Source: Aulosira sp. ZfuVER01
Lineage (GTDB): Bacteria > Cyanobacteriota > Cyanobacteriia > Cyanobacteriales > Nostocaceae
DNA: 64,000 nucleotides
Direction: 5' to 3'
Assembly (NCBI GenBank): GCA_034530615.2
Contig: JAVRCV020000019.1
Location: forward strand, 32,001-96,000
The notes under the pieces are model-generated. The model did not search any database. It was given only the letters and a program-made list of their open reading frames with translations, and was not told the origin of the DNA. Shown in pieces: positions 1 to 11,025 of the stretch. Within the stretch, counting starts at the first letter, position 1; each line of letters starts with the position of its first letter. The position numbers and the translations under genes are program-made.

Positions 1-55
1 TTTTGCCTTGTAAAGCAATGCCCGAGCTTTTCATAGTAGATTAAGTCGTTGCCAT

Positions 56-1249
56 TCAAAAAAAATTTTCTAGTTCTGCTGCTGGTAATGGACGGCTTAA
101 GAGAAAACCTTGCATAGCATCGCAATGGTATTGGCGTAAAAAATCCAGTTCTGCTTCTGTATCTACACCTTCAGTTACTACTCGCAAATTCAGACTGTGA
201 GCCATTTGAATTAAGGCTTGGGTCAGTTCTGATTTTTCGGAATTATTGTCTACATTATGAATATAATAGCGCCCAATTTTTAAGGTATTAATTGGTAATT
301 CTTTAAGGTTAGTTAAAGAAGCATAACCAATACCAAAATCATCAATAGCGATTTTTACACCCAGAGAACGGAGTTTATTCATGATAGCGATCGCATTATT
401 TATATTTTGCATAATTATGCTTTCGCTGATTTCGATTTCCAGACGTTCTGGTGCCAATTTATTATTCATAAACAGCGCAGATAAATCTTCGATGAAATCT
501 GGAGAATAAAATTGGCTGCCAGAGACATTAACATTAATAGTCAATGACAAAAAATTGAGATTATCTTTCCAGATATTCATCTGTTTGCAGATGATTGTGA
601 ATACCCATTTTTCAATATGTAAAATTAAACCTGTAGATTCTGCCAATTGCATAAATTCTAGTGGCGGAACCGAGCCTAATTCAGGGCTTTGCCACCGTAA
701 TAAACTTTCGGCTGCAATTATCTTTCCTGAGGCAATATCTACTATTGGTTGATAATACAAATCGAATTCTTGAAATTTGTTTTCTTTTACTACTCGATGT
801 AAATAGATTTCTAATAACTGCATTTTGGGTGAGAATGCCATACTTGCAGGCTGGTTTGATAATAAATGCTTTTTTAAAGCAGCCTGTTTTTCTAGACGGT
901 TGACAATCGCACTTAATAGTTCAGCACGGGTAAATGGCTTAGTTAGGTAGTCATCGGCTCCCAAATCCATACCTTGACGAAAGTCAGCTTTCGCAGATTT
1001 GGCAGTCAGAAAAATAAAAGGAATTGTGGCTGTTAATGGGTCTTGACGTAATGTTGTTAACACGCCATAACCATCAACTTCGGGCATCATCATATCGCAC
1101 AAAATTAAATCAGGAATTTCGGAGAATGCTAAATTTAATCCGATTTTGCCATTAGCAGCAGCAATAGTATCAAAATCCTCAGCTTCTAGTAAATCTAAAA
1201 GATTTTCCCGAACTAATTCTTCATCTTCAATTACTAAAATTTTTGTCAT
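56..1249 (-). CDS. Response regulator receiver + EAL domain protein (putative c-di-GMP phosphodiesterase)
   Basis: N-terminal REC (ILVIEDE, DLILCDMMMP, FLTAK, YLTKPF); EAL-domain motifs YQPIVD, AESLLRW, EISES, DDFGIGY, EGVDT, QGF. Start taken at ATG 1249. Confidence 0.9.
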   Translation of the reverse strand: MTKILVIEDEELVRENLLDLLEAEDFDTIAAANGKIGLNLAFSEIPDLILCDMMMPEVDGYGVLTTLRQDPLTATIPFIFLTAKSAKADFRQGMDLGADDYLTKPFTRAELLSAIVNRLEKQAALKKHLLSNQPASMAFSPKMQLLEIYLHRVVKENKFQEFDLYYQPIVDIASGKIIAAESLLRWQSPELGSVPPLEFMQLAESTGLILHIEKWVFTIICKQMNIWKDNLNFLSLTINVNVSGSQFYSPDFIEDLSALFMNNKLAPERLEIEISESIIMQNINNAIAIMNKLRSLGVKIAIDDFGIGYASLTNLKELPINTLKIGRYYIHNVDNNSEKSELTQALIQMAHSLNLRVVTEGVDTEAELDFLRQYHCDAMQGFLLSRPLPAAELENFF

Positions 1250-1276
1250 AATTATCACCTGGTTTTACTTGGTTAT

Positions 1277-4200
1277 TTAAGTTGGCAGAGTGACCTTAAA
1301 CTTTGATCCAACTCCCAATTTAGTGGATACAGAGATATCACCCTGATGGATATCAATACATTTTTTCACAATTGCCAATCCCAATCCAGTACCGAGTATA
1401 TTACCAACATTACTAGCCCGATGAAATGATTCAAATAGATGCGGTAAATCTTCTGCCGGAATCCCAATTCCCTGGTCTTGAATTTCAAATATTGCTTGCC
1501 CATTTTCACAAGTTAGAGTAAATTCAACCTTGCTATCAGATGGGGAATATTTGATGGCATTCGAGAGTAAGTTAATGAGAATGTGTCCCAGCAATTTTTC
1601 ATCCATAAAACATGGTATAGTTTTGGACTCGCTAGTAAAGGAAATTCGGTGCTGATTGTTGAGATCTAGCTCAAAGTCTTCTACCAATTGACAGCAGTAT
1701 TCAACCAAATCAAAGGATGTTGGTTTATAGTCTAGTATTCCCGCATCTGCCTTACCAATAAACAAAACTTCGTTCAACATATCTGTCATGCGACTCACCG
1801 CAGTTTGAATCCGGCGCAGATGAATGAGTTGTTTTTCTTGAGTCCATTTATGCTGATAATGTTCTAGTAACTCTGCGGAAGAAAGGATAGTACTCAAGGG
1901 CGTGCGAAATTCATGGGAAGTCATAGAGATAAAACGAGATTTGAGTTCGTTAAGTTCTTTCTCTTTCTCCAGTGCGATGATTAACTCTTGTTCTAATTGC
2001 TTCTGCTCTGTAACGTCTGCTCTATAACCGACAAATTCTACTAAGTTACCAGTTTCATCTTTGACTAACCTACCTTTGTCACACACCCAACGATAGTTAC
2101 CGTCTTGGTGCAAGAAGCGGTAATTCAACCTGTAGTAACCGCGATCTACTGCTTGCGCAAGTTCGGCAAACACATCAGCTACATCGTCGGGGTGGATATG
2201 TCTAGCCCAAAAACTCGAATCTTCAATAAATTCTCTGGCTTCATAACCCATCATCGCCTTGACATTTTCGCTGACAAAAGTACCACCAAAATCTCCTGAC
2301 AATTTGCAAGTATAGATGACAGCAGGGGTTGAGGAAAGTAAGTATTGCAGCCGTTGTTGGCTGACAACTAATGCTGTTTCTGCTTGCTTGCGTTCGGTAA
2401 TATCTGTTTGAATGCCGATGTAATGGGTAAGCGCGCCAGCTGCATCATAAACAGGAGAAATGTTTAACTCATTCCAAAAAACTCCGCCATCTCTGCGATA
2501 GTTCCGGAGAATCACGGTGCAGTCTTTACCTGCTTGCATCGCTGCATTGAGTTGTTGTAACTTTGGTTGATTAATTTCATCATTTGGGAATAAACAAAAG
2601 CTTTTCCCAATAACTTCTGCTGCGCAGTAGCTCGTCATGCGCTCGTATGCAGAATTAACATAGATAATTGGGCCGTTGGGAATGCTGGCATCTGCAATAA
2701 TAATGCCATTGCTGCAAGCGGCGATCGCGCGATCGCGCAGTCTTAAACTTTCTTCTACGAGTTTGCGCCCAGTAACATCAGTATGAATACAAACGTTTCC
2801 TAAAACTTTCCCTGTAGCATCTTTCAAAGCATCAGCGCATAAATCTACCTGCGAAATCCTGCCACTGCGGGCTTGCATCGTCACTTCGCCTCGCCACGAC
2901 TCACCACTTTGGATGGCACTCACTACTTGTTCAAACTCTGCTGGATACTTGAAAATTGCAGATCCTCCCCCAGCAGCCCGGAGTTCCTCTAAAGTGTAAT
3001 CATATAGTTTGACGAAGGCCGGGTTAACGTAAATAGTTTCACCCAAAATATTACCCATACAAACAGCATCGCTGGTGCTTTCAATAGCTTTGCGAAACCG
3101 TAAGAGTGACTCTTCAACTGATTTGCGCTCGGTAATATCGGTAGAGATCCCACAAAGAGCGTAAACTACGCCATGAGCATCTTTTAAAGGAAATCTAATT
3201 GACAAATAAGTGTGTAAACCATCTGCGTGAGCAACGACTTCCTCGGTTGTTGTTGAAATACAATTTGTAATTACCTGTTGGTTATTAACTACAAACTGAT
3301 CGGCAATATCATGACTCCAAATCTCGTAAACGCTTTTGCCAAATATCTGCTCTTGCTGAATATTACATATTTCTTCATACTGCCTGTTGATCAGTAAGTA
3401 TTTATTTTGAGCATCTACTACATAAATCACTGCTGGGGAATTATCTAAAATTGCTTGTAACTGCTGTTGAGTATTCCGCAAAGATGCTTCTGCTTGTTGG
3501 CGCTGGGTAATGTCTCGGCTCATACCGCGATACCCTTGGAATGTACCTTCAGAGTCAAAAACTGGAACACCACTCGTTTCCAGCCAAACTAGCTGTCCAT
3601 TTTGATGCATCTGGATATTCTCCAGACATTGGAATGGTTGGGGTGTAATAAAAATTACGGCAAATTCTTGAGCAATACTCTCTCGCCTATCCAATGGCAT
3701 AAACTCCAGGGGGCTTTTTCCTAGCACTTCCTCTGGTTCATAGCCCAAAATATCCCTGATTTTGGGGCTGACATAGGTGTAGATGCCGTTTTTGTCAACT
3801 TCCCAAATTAAATCGCTGCTGGTTTCTACTAAGTTGCGGAACCGTTCTTCGCTATCTCTGAGTGCTTCAAGTGCAAGTTGGCGATCGCGCTGCGCCACTT
3901 GTTGTTGTCTAATATCTGTGGCTATCTTCCTATAAGCGATAATTTCTCCGGTATCTTTTTGCTCAGTGATCCTGGGCGCAAACAAGCAAGCTTCCGCCGC
4001 ATTCGGATGCTGATACTGATTTTTTGAACAACATGTCAGTTGCGTCTGCATCCATTCTTGCTCTTCGGGATATATCGCAGTACCTTCGTGTGCTTGTTGC
4101 GCCAACAGTTGAGAGATGCTATCTAAGGCGATCGCACCAATCAGTAAACCTTGCTCATCCGCCACAGGAAGCAAACCCGACCCAGATTGACGCAATAGCG

Positions 4201-4498
4201 AAAGTACTGTTGGCAGATTGTCAAGTTCCGACAGCTTCGGCATCATTGTGAGAGTATGCATCACTTCAGCAATTTTTGTGGTTGTGAAGTCAATCCCAGA
4301 AGCTACAAGCTTGACTACATCTTTCTCTGTCAACCACCCAACTATCTCCCCGGCCAATCCGACTAAAGTGCTTTTACCTTGCTTCGCCATTAGGGCGATC
4401 GCATCTAATAACAGTGTTTCCGGCTCAACTGTCAACGGCGAAAAGTCAATGATTGACTTTAAGCATTTTAGCCACGGAAGTTGCGGTATGGCTTGCAT
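1277..4498 (-). CDS. CBS/multi-PAS sensor histidine kinase
   Basis: N-terminal CBS pair, several PAS/PAC repeats, H-box SHEFRTPL, N-box NLLSNAIKYS, G boxes DQGIGI and GTGLGL; lies directly upstream of the REC-EAL gene. Confidence 0.92.
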   Translation of the reverse strand: MQAIPQLPWLKCLKSIIDFSPLTVEPETLLLDAIALMAKQGKSTLVGLAGEIVGWLTEKDVVKLVASGIDFTTTKIAEVMHTLTMMPKLSELDNLPTVLSLLRQSGSGLLPVADEQGLLIGAIALDSISQLLAQQAHEGTAIYPEEQEWMQTQLTCCSKNQYQHPNAAEACLFAPRITEQKDTGEIIAYRKIATDIRQQQVAQRDRQLALEALRDSEERFRNLVETSSDLIWEVDKNGIYTYVSPKIRDILGYEPEEVLGKSPLEFMPLDRRESIAQEFAVIFITPQPFQCLENIQMHQNGQLVWLETSGVPVFDSEGTFQGYRGMSRDITQRQQAEASLRNTQQQLQAILDNSPAVIYVVDAQNKYLLINRQYEEICNIQQEQIFGKSVYEIWSHDIADQFVVNNQQVITNCISTTTEEVVAHADGLHTYLSIRFPLKDAHGVVYALCGISTDITERKSVEESLLRFRKAIESTSDAVCMGNILGETIYVNPAFVKLYDYTLEELRAAGGGSAIFKYPAEFEQVVSAIQSGESWRGEVTMQARSGRISQVDLCADALKDATGKVLGNVCIHTDVTGRKLVEESLRLRDRAIAACSNGIIIADASIPNGPIIYVNSAYERMTSYCAAEVIGKSFCLFPNDEINQPKLQQLNAAMQAGKDCTVILRNYRRDGGVFWNELNISPVYDAAGALTHYIGIQTDITERKQAETALVVSQQRLQYLLSSTPAVIYTCKLSGDFGGTFVSENVKAMMGYEAREFIEDSSFWARHIHPDDVADVFAELAQAVDRGYYRLNYRFLHQDGNYRWVCDKGRLVKDETGNLVEFVGYRADVTEQKQLEQELIIALEKEKELNELKSRFISMTSHEFRTPLSTILSSAELLEHYQHKWTQEKQLIHLRRIQTAVSRMTDMLNEVLFIGKADAGILDYKPTSFDLVEYCCQLVEDFELDLNNQHRISFTSESKTIPCFMDEKLLGHILINLLSNAIKYSPSDSKVEFTLTCENGQAIFEIQDQGIGIPAEDLPHLFESFHRASNVGNILGTGLGLAIVKKCIDIHQGDISVSTKLGVGSKFKVTLPT

Positions 4499-4984
4499 AG
4501 ATGTTGAGTATAGCTATGATTAAAAATTGTTCTTTAAAGTAAACTGTTGTCTATAGTTCTAATATTTTTTCGTCAGCCGATAATGATTGCGAGGGTATAA
4601 ATACTGGAATTTTCCTTCATATATAAAATATTCTTCCTACTATATCTAATGAGTCTTTGAGGAGAAATGTCTAAAACCCTCAAGCTTAATATCAATCATC
4701 ATTGCTATCTAAAATTAAGATTATTTAGACTCAAAAGTCTAACATCCAATCAGATGTTAATTGCCAATCAAAATCAAAAAATTATTTACCCAGTACAACG
4801 CGCGAACCCAATGTAAAAGTTAGGTAAACTAAACATCTATTGAAATTACCAGGGGATAAAGAAACCTCAATGGTCAAATTTAGTGAACCTGGGAATCCCA
4901 TGAAATGGGTTATAGACAACGGTTAATCTTTTTAAAATTTACCATTTTCTCAATGGGAAAGTGTCAAATTTTATGAAAGCTGAG

Positions 4985-5078
4985 GCAATGGTCAAGGGGC
5001 ATTGAGCAATAGTCATTAGTTATTTCGCCCCTACTCCCCTGTCCCCCTTGTCCCCTTGTCCCCTTGTCCCCAGCCTCC
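4985..5078. repeat. STRR-type short tandem repeats (TCCCCTTG-like)
   Basis: cccctgtcccccttgtccccttgtccccttgtcccc directly after the stop codon; typical of Nostocales intergenic DNA. Confidence 0.75.
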
Positions 5079-7877
5079 CTACGGACGCGACAGTAAGCGC
5101 CGTTCGCCGTAACGTAATAACCTTTCAATAGTTGCCAGACGATTTTCCCAAACTTTGACTTGATAAGGATTTTCCATAGCTTCTTGGTTCATCCAGGTTC
5201 TAAATTGTGTCTGGAAGCGAGTTAGCGTAGCTCGCGCTGTAACGAACTTACTGGCAGAAGGTGAGGCTGCAAGCTGATTTAAAGCATTTTGTAAAACTTG
5301 TGCTTGATTGTTAAACTCAGAAATCGTTGTTGCAGGCATCTTCATTTGGTCGTTTTGGACAATAAACTGCCATTCGCGTTGTAAGGCAGTATAACGAACA
5401 GCCGCAGTTTGAAAAGGTTTGCGGTGAGGAATAGGTTCGCTGGTTGTCGGTTGCACCTTACCTTGGGTATTACTGAAGAGTTTTTGTAACTCATTGCTCA
5501 AGTTTTCTGCCGCAAAGAGTGCGTAACCGCTTACTGGCAAGTCCCTCACAAGTTGCAATTGATCGAAGGCTCCGACTGCTGGCAAGGAAAGCAAGCGAAT
5601 TCCCGGTACTAATAAAGTTGCTCCTAATTTTGTGGAAGCAATCCAAGGTTGTGCGAGTCTTTGGAAGCGAGGAGTATCCAAGGCGTAAGTCATGGGAACG
5701 ATTAAATCTATATCTCCTTGTCTGGCCCAAACTTCCCAGTTTTGTTGGATCTTCTGAATGCGTTCTAATTCTGGCAGGGGAAATACGGCGACTGACATAA
5801 TTAAATTTGGTCGCTTTTGCCGTAACTGTTGTGAAAGTTGATCCACAAAACTATTAACTTGCTCGGTGCGGAATGCTGTCCATTTTTGCCACATTTCGCG
5901 ATCGCTTGGCGAAACCTTCAACGGATCTACGCCTGTAATTTTTTGAAACTGCTCTCTTGCAGCTTTCCCATAGCCGTAAATTCTACCTGCGGCTGGATCT
6001 TGGAAGGGATAGCGAATGTAGTCTAACTGAATACCATCTACTTGATAACGAGTGACAATTTCTTCGTACAGCTTCATTAAGTACTGACGCAATTCGGGGT
6101 TAGCTGGATCGAAAAATGGCTTGGTTTGACCAGCAGGAATCATGTTGCCACGATTATCATAGTTTGCCCAATCGGGATGAGCCGCCAGCACTGGCCCTGG
6201 ATAATCAGGCTTGACGTTAATCACCTCATTGTGGCGCTGATTGCCAGCGGCGAAAACCCAAACCCAAGCGTGTAATTCCATACCTCTGGCATGAGCTAAT
6301 TTGACTCCTGCTGCTAATGGGTCCCAGCCGCGAATTAATGGGTTTTGCTGCGGTGCAACTTGGCTGGGATAAATGGGATAACTGGCGTTGACGGTTTCAA
6401 AAAATACAGTGTTAATCCCAGCTTGCGCCAGTCGGTCAAAAATTTGGGCTAGTCCCTGTTCGCTACCAGCACGGACAATTGTCCCGCGATCTAACCACAC
6501 TGACCGGATTTCTGGTTGAGCTAATTTGCGATCGAGGGGAAACTGCTTCCATAAACTCGCCTTGGCTGTTAGCCACTGCTGACGAGCTAGAGCATAGTTT
6601 TTTTGAGCAATTAACTGCGGTAAGTTTTTGGCAATTTCTCTAGCTTTAGCGATCGCTTGCTGGGTGTCTGGGATGGGAACACCAGATCTGCTGGCGACTA
6701 AGCTGGTGCGATCCACTTTCAGCGCTTGGGTATTGCTACTTACCGCTGCTTCGCCACCAGAGTCAGCAACTGCGGCTGCTAAATGGGCACTTTCCACTCG
6801 ACCAATCAGATGTTCTAGCTCATGCTGGAGGGCGATCGCTTCATTGCTACCAATCGGCGCGTTAGAGTTGGGAACAACATCCAAACGCACTGCTTGTTCT
6901 AGTTGGTCAATCGGCTCTTGTAGATTTTGGGGAGTAACATTTGTCAGGGGTCTAGGTTGGGGCGCAGTGGCGATCGCTTTTGGTAATTGCGGAGTTTTGG
7001 GTGGAGTGTTTTGAAGCGGAAGTTTTGGTTTTGGTGCGATCGCTTGTAAAATCGTTGGCGATAAAACTGGTTGTGCTGGAGGCGTTTTGGATGCAACTGT
7101 CACTGAAGTAGAACAGACTGGTGAGCCACCCTCAATTTTTTTACTAGCACTGGGGGGCAATTTCATGTAACGGTCTAAGGAAGCTTTTAACCAAGCATTA
7201 TCTACATCTGCTGTTGCGACTGCATCTACACCCCAGCGCCAGCCCAAAAAGGTGGAATTATCGGTTGTCACGACTGCGGCTGGATTATCTTTGGCATTCC
7301 AAACAGCAGCTGGTGTGCTTAAGTTATCAGGTATCACCACACCACCATGCACTTTACCAAACAGTTGATCTTGATTAGCCCATTGCTGTGGTAGCTTGGT
7401 TTTTGCTGGTTGCATCTGTTGTGTATCACCGAGGCTGAATCCCCAGTAACCCCCCAACAGCGTCCGCAACAACTGCCGGACTCCTGGTGCTGATAGACTA
7501 CCGGCAGGGCCGCTGGCAATCAAGCGCCCGCCTTTACTCATCCATTCTTCTAAGGCGATCGCTTGTGCTGGTGTTAATGTCTCCACATTTGGCAAAAATA
7601 ATACCCGGCGATCGCCCCAATCTGCCGGACTCCTCACAGCATCTAGAGGAATCACACAATACTTCACCCCTGCTGCCTGCAAGCGGTTTGTGATTCCTGC
7701 CCATTGACTAGTATTATCTTGACTATAAACTATACTCAATACAGGTTCTTCATCTGCGGCTATTGCTGGTAAGTTAACCAAACTATTTAATAGTAAAAAT
7801 TGCAAATTAAAAATGAAGAATCCGGCTTTTTTAATTTTTAACTGTAATTTGGTAATACGGTTTTCCTGATTCTTCAC
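5079..7877 (-). CDS. Glycoside hydrolase-like family 10 (GHL10/DUF187) protein
   Basis: EIRSVWLDRG, GINTVFFET, WDPLAAGVKLAHARGMELHAWVW, DGIQLDYIRYP, PMTY motifs; Pro-rich linker; start codon uncertain. Confidence 0.85.
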   Translation of the reverse strand: MKNQENRITKLQLKIKKAGFFIFNLQFLLLNSLVNLPAIAADEEPVLSIVYSQDNTSQWAGITNRLQAAGVKYCVIPLDAVRSPADWGDRRVLFLPNVETLTPAQAIALEEWMSKGGRLIASGPAGSLSAPGVRQLLRTLLGGYWGFSLGDTQQMQPAKTKLPQQWANQDQLFGKVHGGVVIPDNLSTPAAVWNAKDNPAAVVTTDNSTFLGWRWGVDAVATADVDNAWLKASLDRYMKLPPSASKKIEGGSPVCSTSVTVASKTPPAQPVLSPTILQAIAPKPKLPLQNTPPKTPQLPKAIATAPQPRPLTNVTPQNLQEPIDQLEQAVRLDVVPNSNAPIGSNEAIALQHELEHLIGRVESAHLAAAVADSGGEAAVSSNTQALKVDRTSLVASRSGVPIPDTQQAIAKAREIAKNLPQLIAQKNYALARQQWLTAKASLWKQFPLDRKLAQPEIRSVWLDRGTIVRAGSEQGLAQIFDRLAQAGINTVFFETVNASYPIYPSQVAPQQNPLIRGWDPLAAGVKLAHARGMELHAWVWVFAAGNQRHNEVINVKPDYPGPVLAAHPDWANYDNRGNMIPAGQTKPFFDPANPELRQYLMKLYEEIVTRYQVDGIQLDYIRYPFQDPAAGRIYGYGKAAREQFQKITGVDPLKVSPSDREMWQKWTAFRTEQVNSFVDQLSQQLRQKRPNLIMSVAVFPLPELERIQKIQQNWEVWARQGDIDLIVPMTYALDTPRFQRLAQPWIASTKLGATLLVPGIRLLSLPAVGAFDQLQLVRDLPVSGYALFAAENLSNELQKLFSNTQGKVQPTTSEPIPHRKPFQTAAVRYTALQREWQFIVQNDQMKMPATTISEFNNQAQVLQNALNQLAASPSASKFVTARATLTRFQTQFRTWMNQEAMENPYQVKVWENRLATIERLLRYGERRLLSRP

Positions 7878-8179
7878 TCCTCAATCCTCACTTAATTAGT
7901 TATTTGTTAACAGAAAACAATCGCGTGTGTTGAACAACTTGCGGTGGAAGGGTTTCCTAGCATAAGCAAAGTGGTGTTGGCGCAGCGCTAGCGACGCAGG
8001 AGCGTCACCCGAAGGGCTTCTCGCAGAATACTGGCTTTCAAAAATCAACTGTCAATAGTTGTTTTTTATACTTTTGTCATGTCGATTTCAGATTTTTTTG
8101 GTTCCTGACTCACCCATGTTTGGGTGAAATAAATCCAAAATCCAAATCTATTGACTTTTGAATTTCGACTGAGCATCTT

Positions 8180-9502
8180 TTAAGCAATACAAGTATTGAT
8201 TAATTCATCAATTCCTGCTATGGGAAAGATTTTTGTTCCCAGTTTGCTAGCGACCTCTTCAATACTCATATCATCTAAAAATATCAATTCACCATGTTTA
8301 AGCATGACATTTGGCAGCAAAATTCCATCACCTAAATCTTGCCCTTGTAAATTTAAAAGTAGATCGTGCCCTGTTAATAAGCCTGTAACGCTAATATTCT
8401 GTCCCCAATAATCGCTAGATAAAGCACGCATATTTACCTGCAAACCTGCAACAGCATTTAACTGTTGGAGAATTGGTTGAAATGCTTGCTCTACTGCATT
8501 ACCAACTACCCAAGTTAATTTTTTCTGGGGAGATATTTTAGTTGGTAGCGATTTGGCAGCTGTAGCAAATTGCTTGAGAAATAACCGAATGGAACCAACG
8601 CCATTATCAATTTGGGGATATTCTTCATATTCAGCTTCACTAGGCAATTCTGCTCCTGCAATTAAAAACCACTCATCGGCTAACCAAACAACGCTAGAAC
8701 CGAACTTTTGGCGAAATTCTAAAGAGAGCGATCGCACTTGGGAAATCACTTCTTGAGCTTTCTCCTGCGTTACCGGGATCAGTTCGTCTTCTTGGGGACG
8801 AAACCGCGTTAACCCCACCGGTACCACAGCCACTGATGCGACTGTCGGCACTTCCCCAGTATAAAATGACGCTAAATCTCGTAGTGTTTGTTCCAAATGT
8901 CTGCCATCATTTATACCCGGACAAACAACGACTTGGGCGTGAATTTGCAGCCGTCTTTCTTGAAACCACTTCAGTTGTTGCAGAATTTGTCCAGCACGGG
9001 GATTTTTCAGCAACCTAGTTCTAACTTCCGGTTCTGTAGCGTGTACAGAAACATACAAAGGAGACACGCGCATTTGTTCAATCCGTTGCCATTCTCGTTC
9101 TGGTAAATTCGTGAGAGTTAAATAGGAGCCATATAAAAAGCTTAGACGGTAATCGTCATCTTTAAAGTACAAGCTAGAACGTTTACCAGGTGGTTGTTGG
9201 TCAATAAAGCAAAACGGGCAATGATTATTACACTGAATTAACGCATCGAATAAAGCAGTTTCAAATTCTAGCCCTAAGTCTTCGTCGTAGTCTTTTTCAA
9301 TTTCCAGGTGATGGGTTTTGCCAGCAGCATCTAAAACTTCTAGTTCTAGAACCTCATCAGCACATAAATATTGATAATCAATCAAATCACGGGGAGGTGT
9401 ACCGTTGATAGCAACGATCGCATCTCCCGCCTCAAAACCGATTTCCGCAGCAATGGAATCGGGTAATACTTTGCTAATTCGGGCCGGATGGATTGTACTC
9501 AT
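8180..9502 (-). CDS. PDZ + radical SAM protein (TIGR03279/DUF512 family)
   Basis: N-terminal PDZ-like segment, CNNHCPFCF cluster motif, KDDDYRLSFLYGSY, YPQIDNGVG. Confidence 0.88.
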   Translation of the reverse strand: MSTIHPARISKVLPDSIAAEIGFEAGDAIVAINGTPPRDLIDYQYLCADEVLELEVLDAAGKTHHLEIEKDYDEDLGLEFETALFDALIQCNNHCPFCFIDQQPPGKRSSLYFKDDDYRLSFLYGSYLTLTNLPEREWQRIEQMRVSPLYVSVHATEPEVRTRLLKNPRAGQILQQLKWFQERRLQIHAQVVVCPGINDGRHLEQTLRDLASFYTGEVPTVASVAVVPVGLTRFRPQEDELIPVTQEKAQEVISQVRSLSLEFRQKFGSSVVWLADEWFLIAGAELPSEAEYEEYPQIDNGVGSIRLFLKQFATAAKSLPTKISPQKKLTWVVGNAVEQAFQPILQQLNAVAGLQVNMRALSSDYWGQNISVTGLLTGHDLLLNLQGQDLGDGILLPNVMLKHGELIFLDDMSIEEVASKLGTKIFPIAGIDELINTCIA

Positions 9503-9708
9503 GGGTCATTGGGCATTTGTTATTCTTACAAAGTTCTAAGTTGAGGTTTCCTTAGCTCAACGCCACTTGCGTTCCGACGCAAGGCGACACGCCACCCCAT
9601 GCGGGGGTGGCTCAGGAACGCAGTGGCTAGACTTTGCGCTTTGTCATTTGCCATTTGTCATTGGTCGTTTGCTCTAAAAGAAGGACTAAGACAAATGACA
9701 AGGGACTA

Positions 9709-10671
9709 TTAACTATTCTTCAATAAACCAGCACCGATTGACCCCAGTATTAATACACCAAATGCCAATCGATACCAAATAAATACCCAAGTACTCTGAG
9801 TTTTGAGGAAGCGTAGCAACCCGGCGATCGCAATATAGGAAAATATTGTGGCAGAAATCACTCCTACAACTAAGGGAAGTATTGCTGTACTACTTAACCC
9901 TGCTCCTAAAACATCCTTTAACTCAACTAACCCCGCTAAAGTAATGGCAGGAATACCTAGCAAAAACGAAAACCGGGCTGCGGTTTCCCGTTCTAATCCC
10001 ATAAATAAGCCCCCTGTCAGGGTAGAACCAGAACGAGATACGCCAGGGATTAATGCCAAACATTGCGCCAAGCCCATCAATAGCCCATCATTCATCGTTA
10101 ATTTTTCAAAATCGCGTTGACGCTTGCCTAGTTGTTCAGCCAATCCCAGTAACAGTGACATAACTATAGAAGCAACAGCGATCGCGCCTAAGCTTCTGAT
10201 GGGAGAATTATCAAAATCGGGGATAAACTTTTTGATTAACAGCCCAAAGAAGATAATCGGCAAAGTGCCCAAAATTATCCCTAGAGCCAGCCGCAAGTCG
10301 TAATCATTGTAATCTTTACGAGCGATCGCTGTTGCCGACCCCCGCACAATTCGCATCAAGTCTTGCCAGAAGTACCACAGCACAGCTGCAATACTACCGA
10401 GTTGAATAATTGCTGTAAAAGCTACCCCAGGATCGCCCCAACCCAGAACTACAGGCACAACTTTTAAATGGGCTGTGCTACTAATCGGTAAGAATTCTGT
10501 AATTCCTTGAACGAAGCCTAAAAAAATTGCTTGCAAAATATTCATTTGTTGCACCCCGTTACCCGCTGGGTTAGGTTCGGCGCTGAGAACTTGAAGGGGA
10601 AATGCGGCAACTGAGACAGTAGCAGATGCTGCACTTAAAATTACGAACCATTGACGTTTTAATAGAGCCAT
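9709..10671 (-). CDS. uppP: Undecaprenyl-diphosphate phosphatase
   Basis: QGITEFLPISSTAH and PGVSRSGST BacA/UppP motifs; multiple TM helices. Confidence 0.93.
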   Translation of the reverse strand: MALLKRQWFVILSAASATVSVAAFPLQVLSAEPNPAGNGVQQMNILQAIFLGFVQGITEFLPISSTAHLKVVPVVLGWGDPGVAFTAIIQLGSIAAVLWYFWQDLMRIVRGSATAIARKDYNDYDLRLALGIILGTLPIIFFGLLIKKFIPDFDNSPIRSLGAIAVASIVMSLLLGLAEQLGKRQRDFEKLTMNDGLLMGLAQCLALIPGVSRSGSTLTGGLFMGLERETAARFSFLLGIPAITLAGLVELKDVLGAGLSSTAILPLVVGVISATIFSYIAIAGLLRFLKTQSTWVFIWYRLAFGVLILGSIGAGLLKNS

Positions 10672-11025
10672 TAGTTTACCTGCGATCGCTGACATTACAA
10701 CCAATTACACAAACACTTACTTGGGGAACTTGCCAGGAAAATAACTCGTAAATATTCGGGTTGTCTTTTCTCCCCAAAAAGGCGCGCCATTAATTTACCA
10801 TCCTCTGTTCGAGAGAGTGGCTGACAATAGGTAGAGTTTCTCAGAAATAGATGAAGCCTTAACTACAATCTTTTAAATTTAGTGTGACCAACTGAATGTT
10901 CCTGTTTCAAGGCAACATCTCAAAAAATCTCGGCAAAAACAAGCTAAGATAAATATGCCCCAGGGGGGGATTTTTGGATGTGGTATCTTAAGTAAGATAA
11001 AGTTTAGTAACAATTATTAAAAACA

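Noticed and set aside
1..34. Possible minus-strand gene start MKSSGIALQGK at the window edge
   Set aside because: Too short to support a call.
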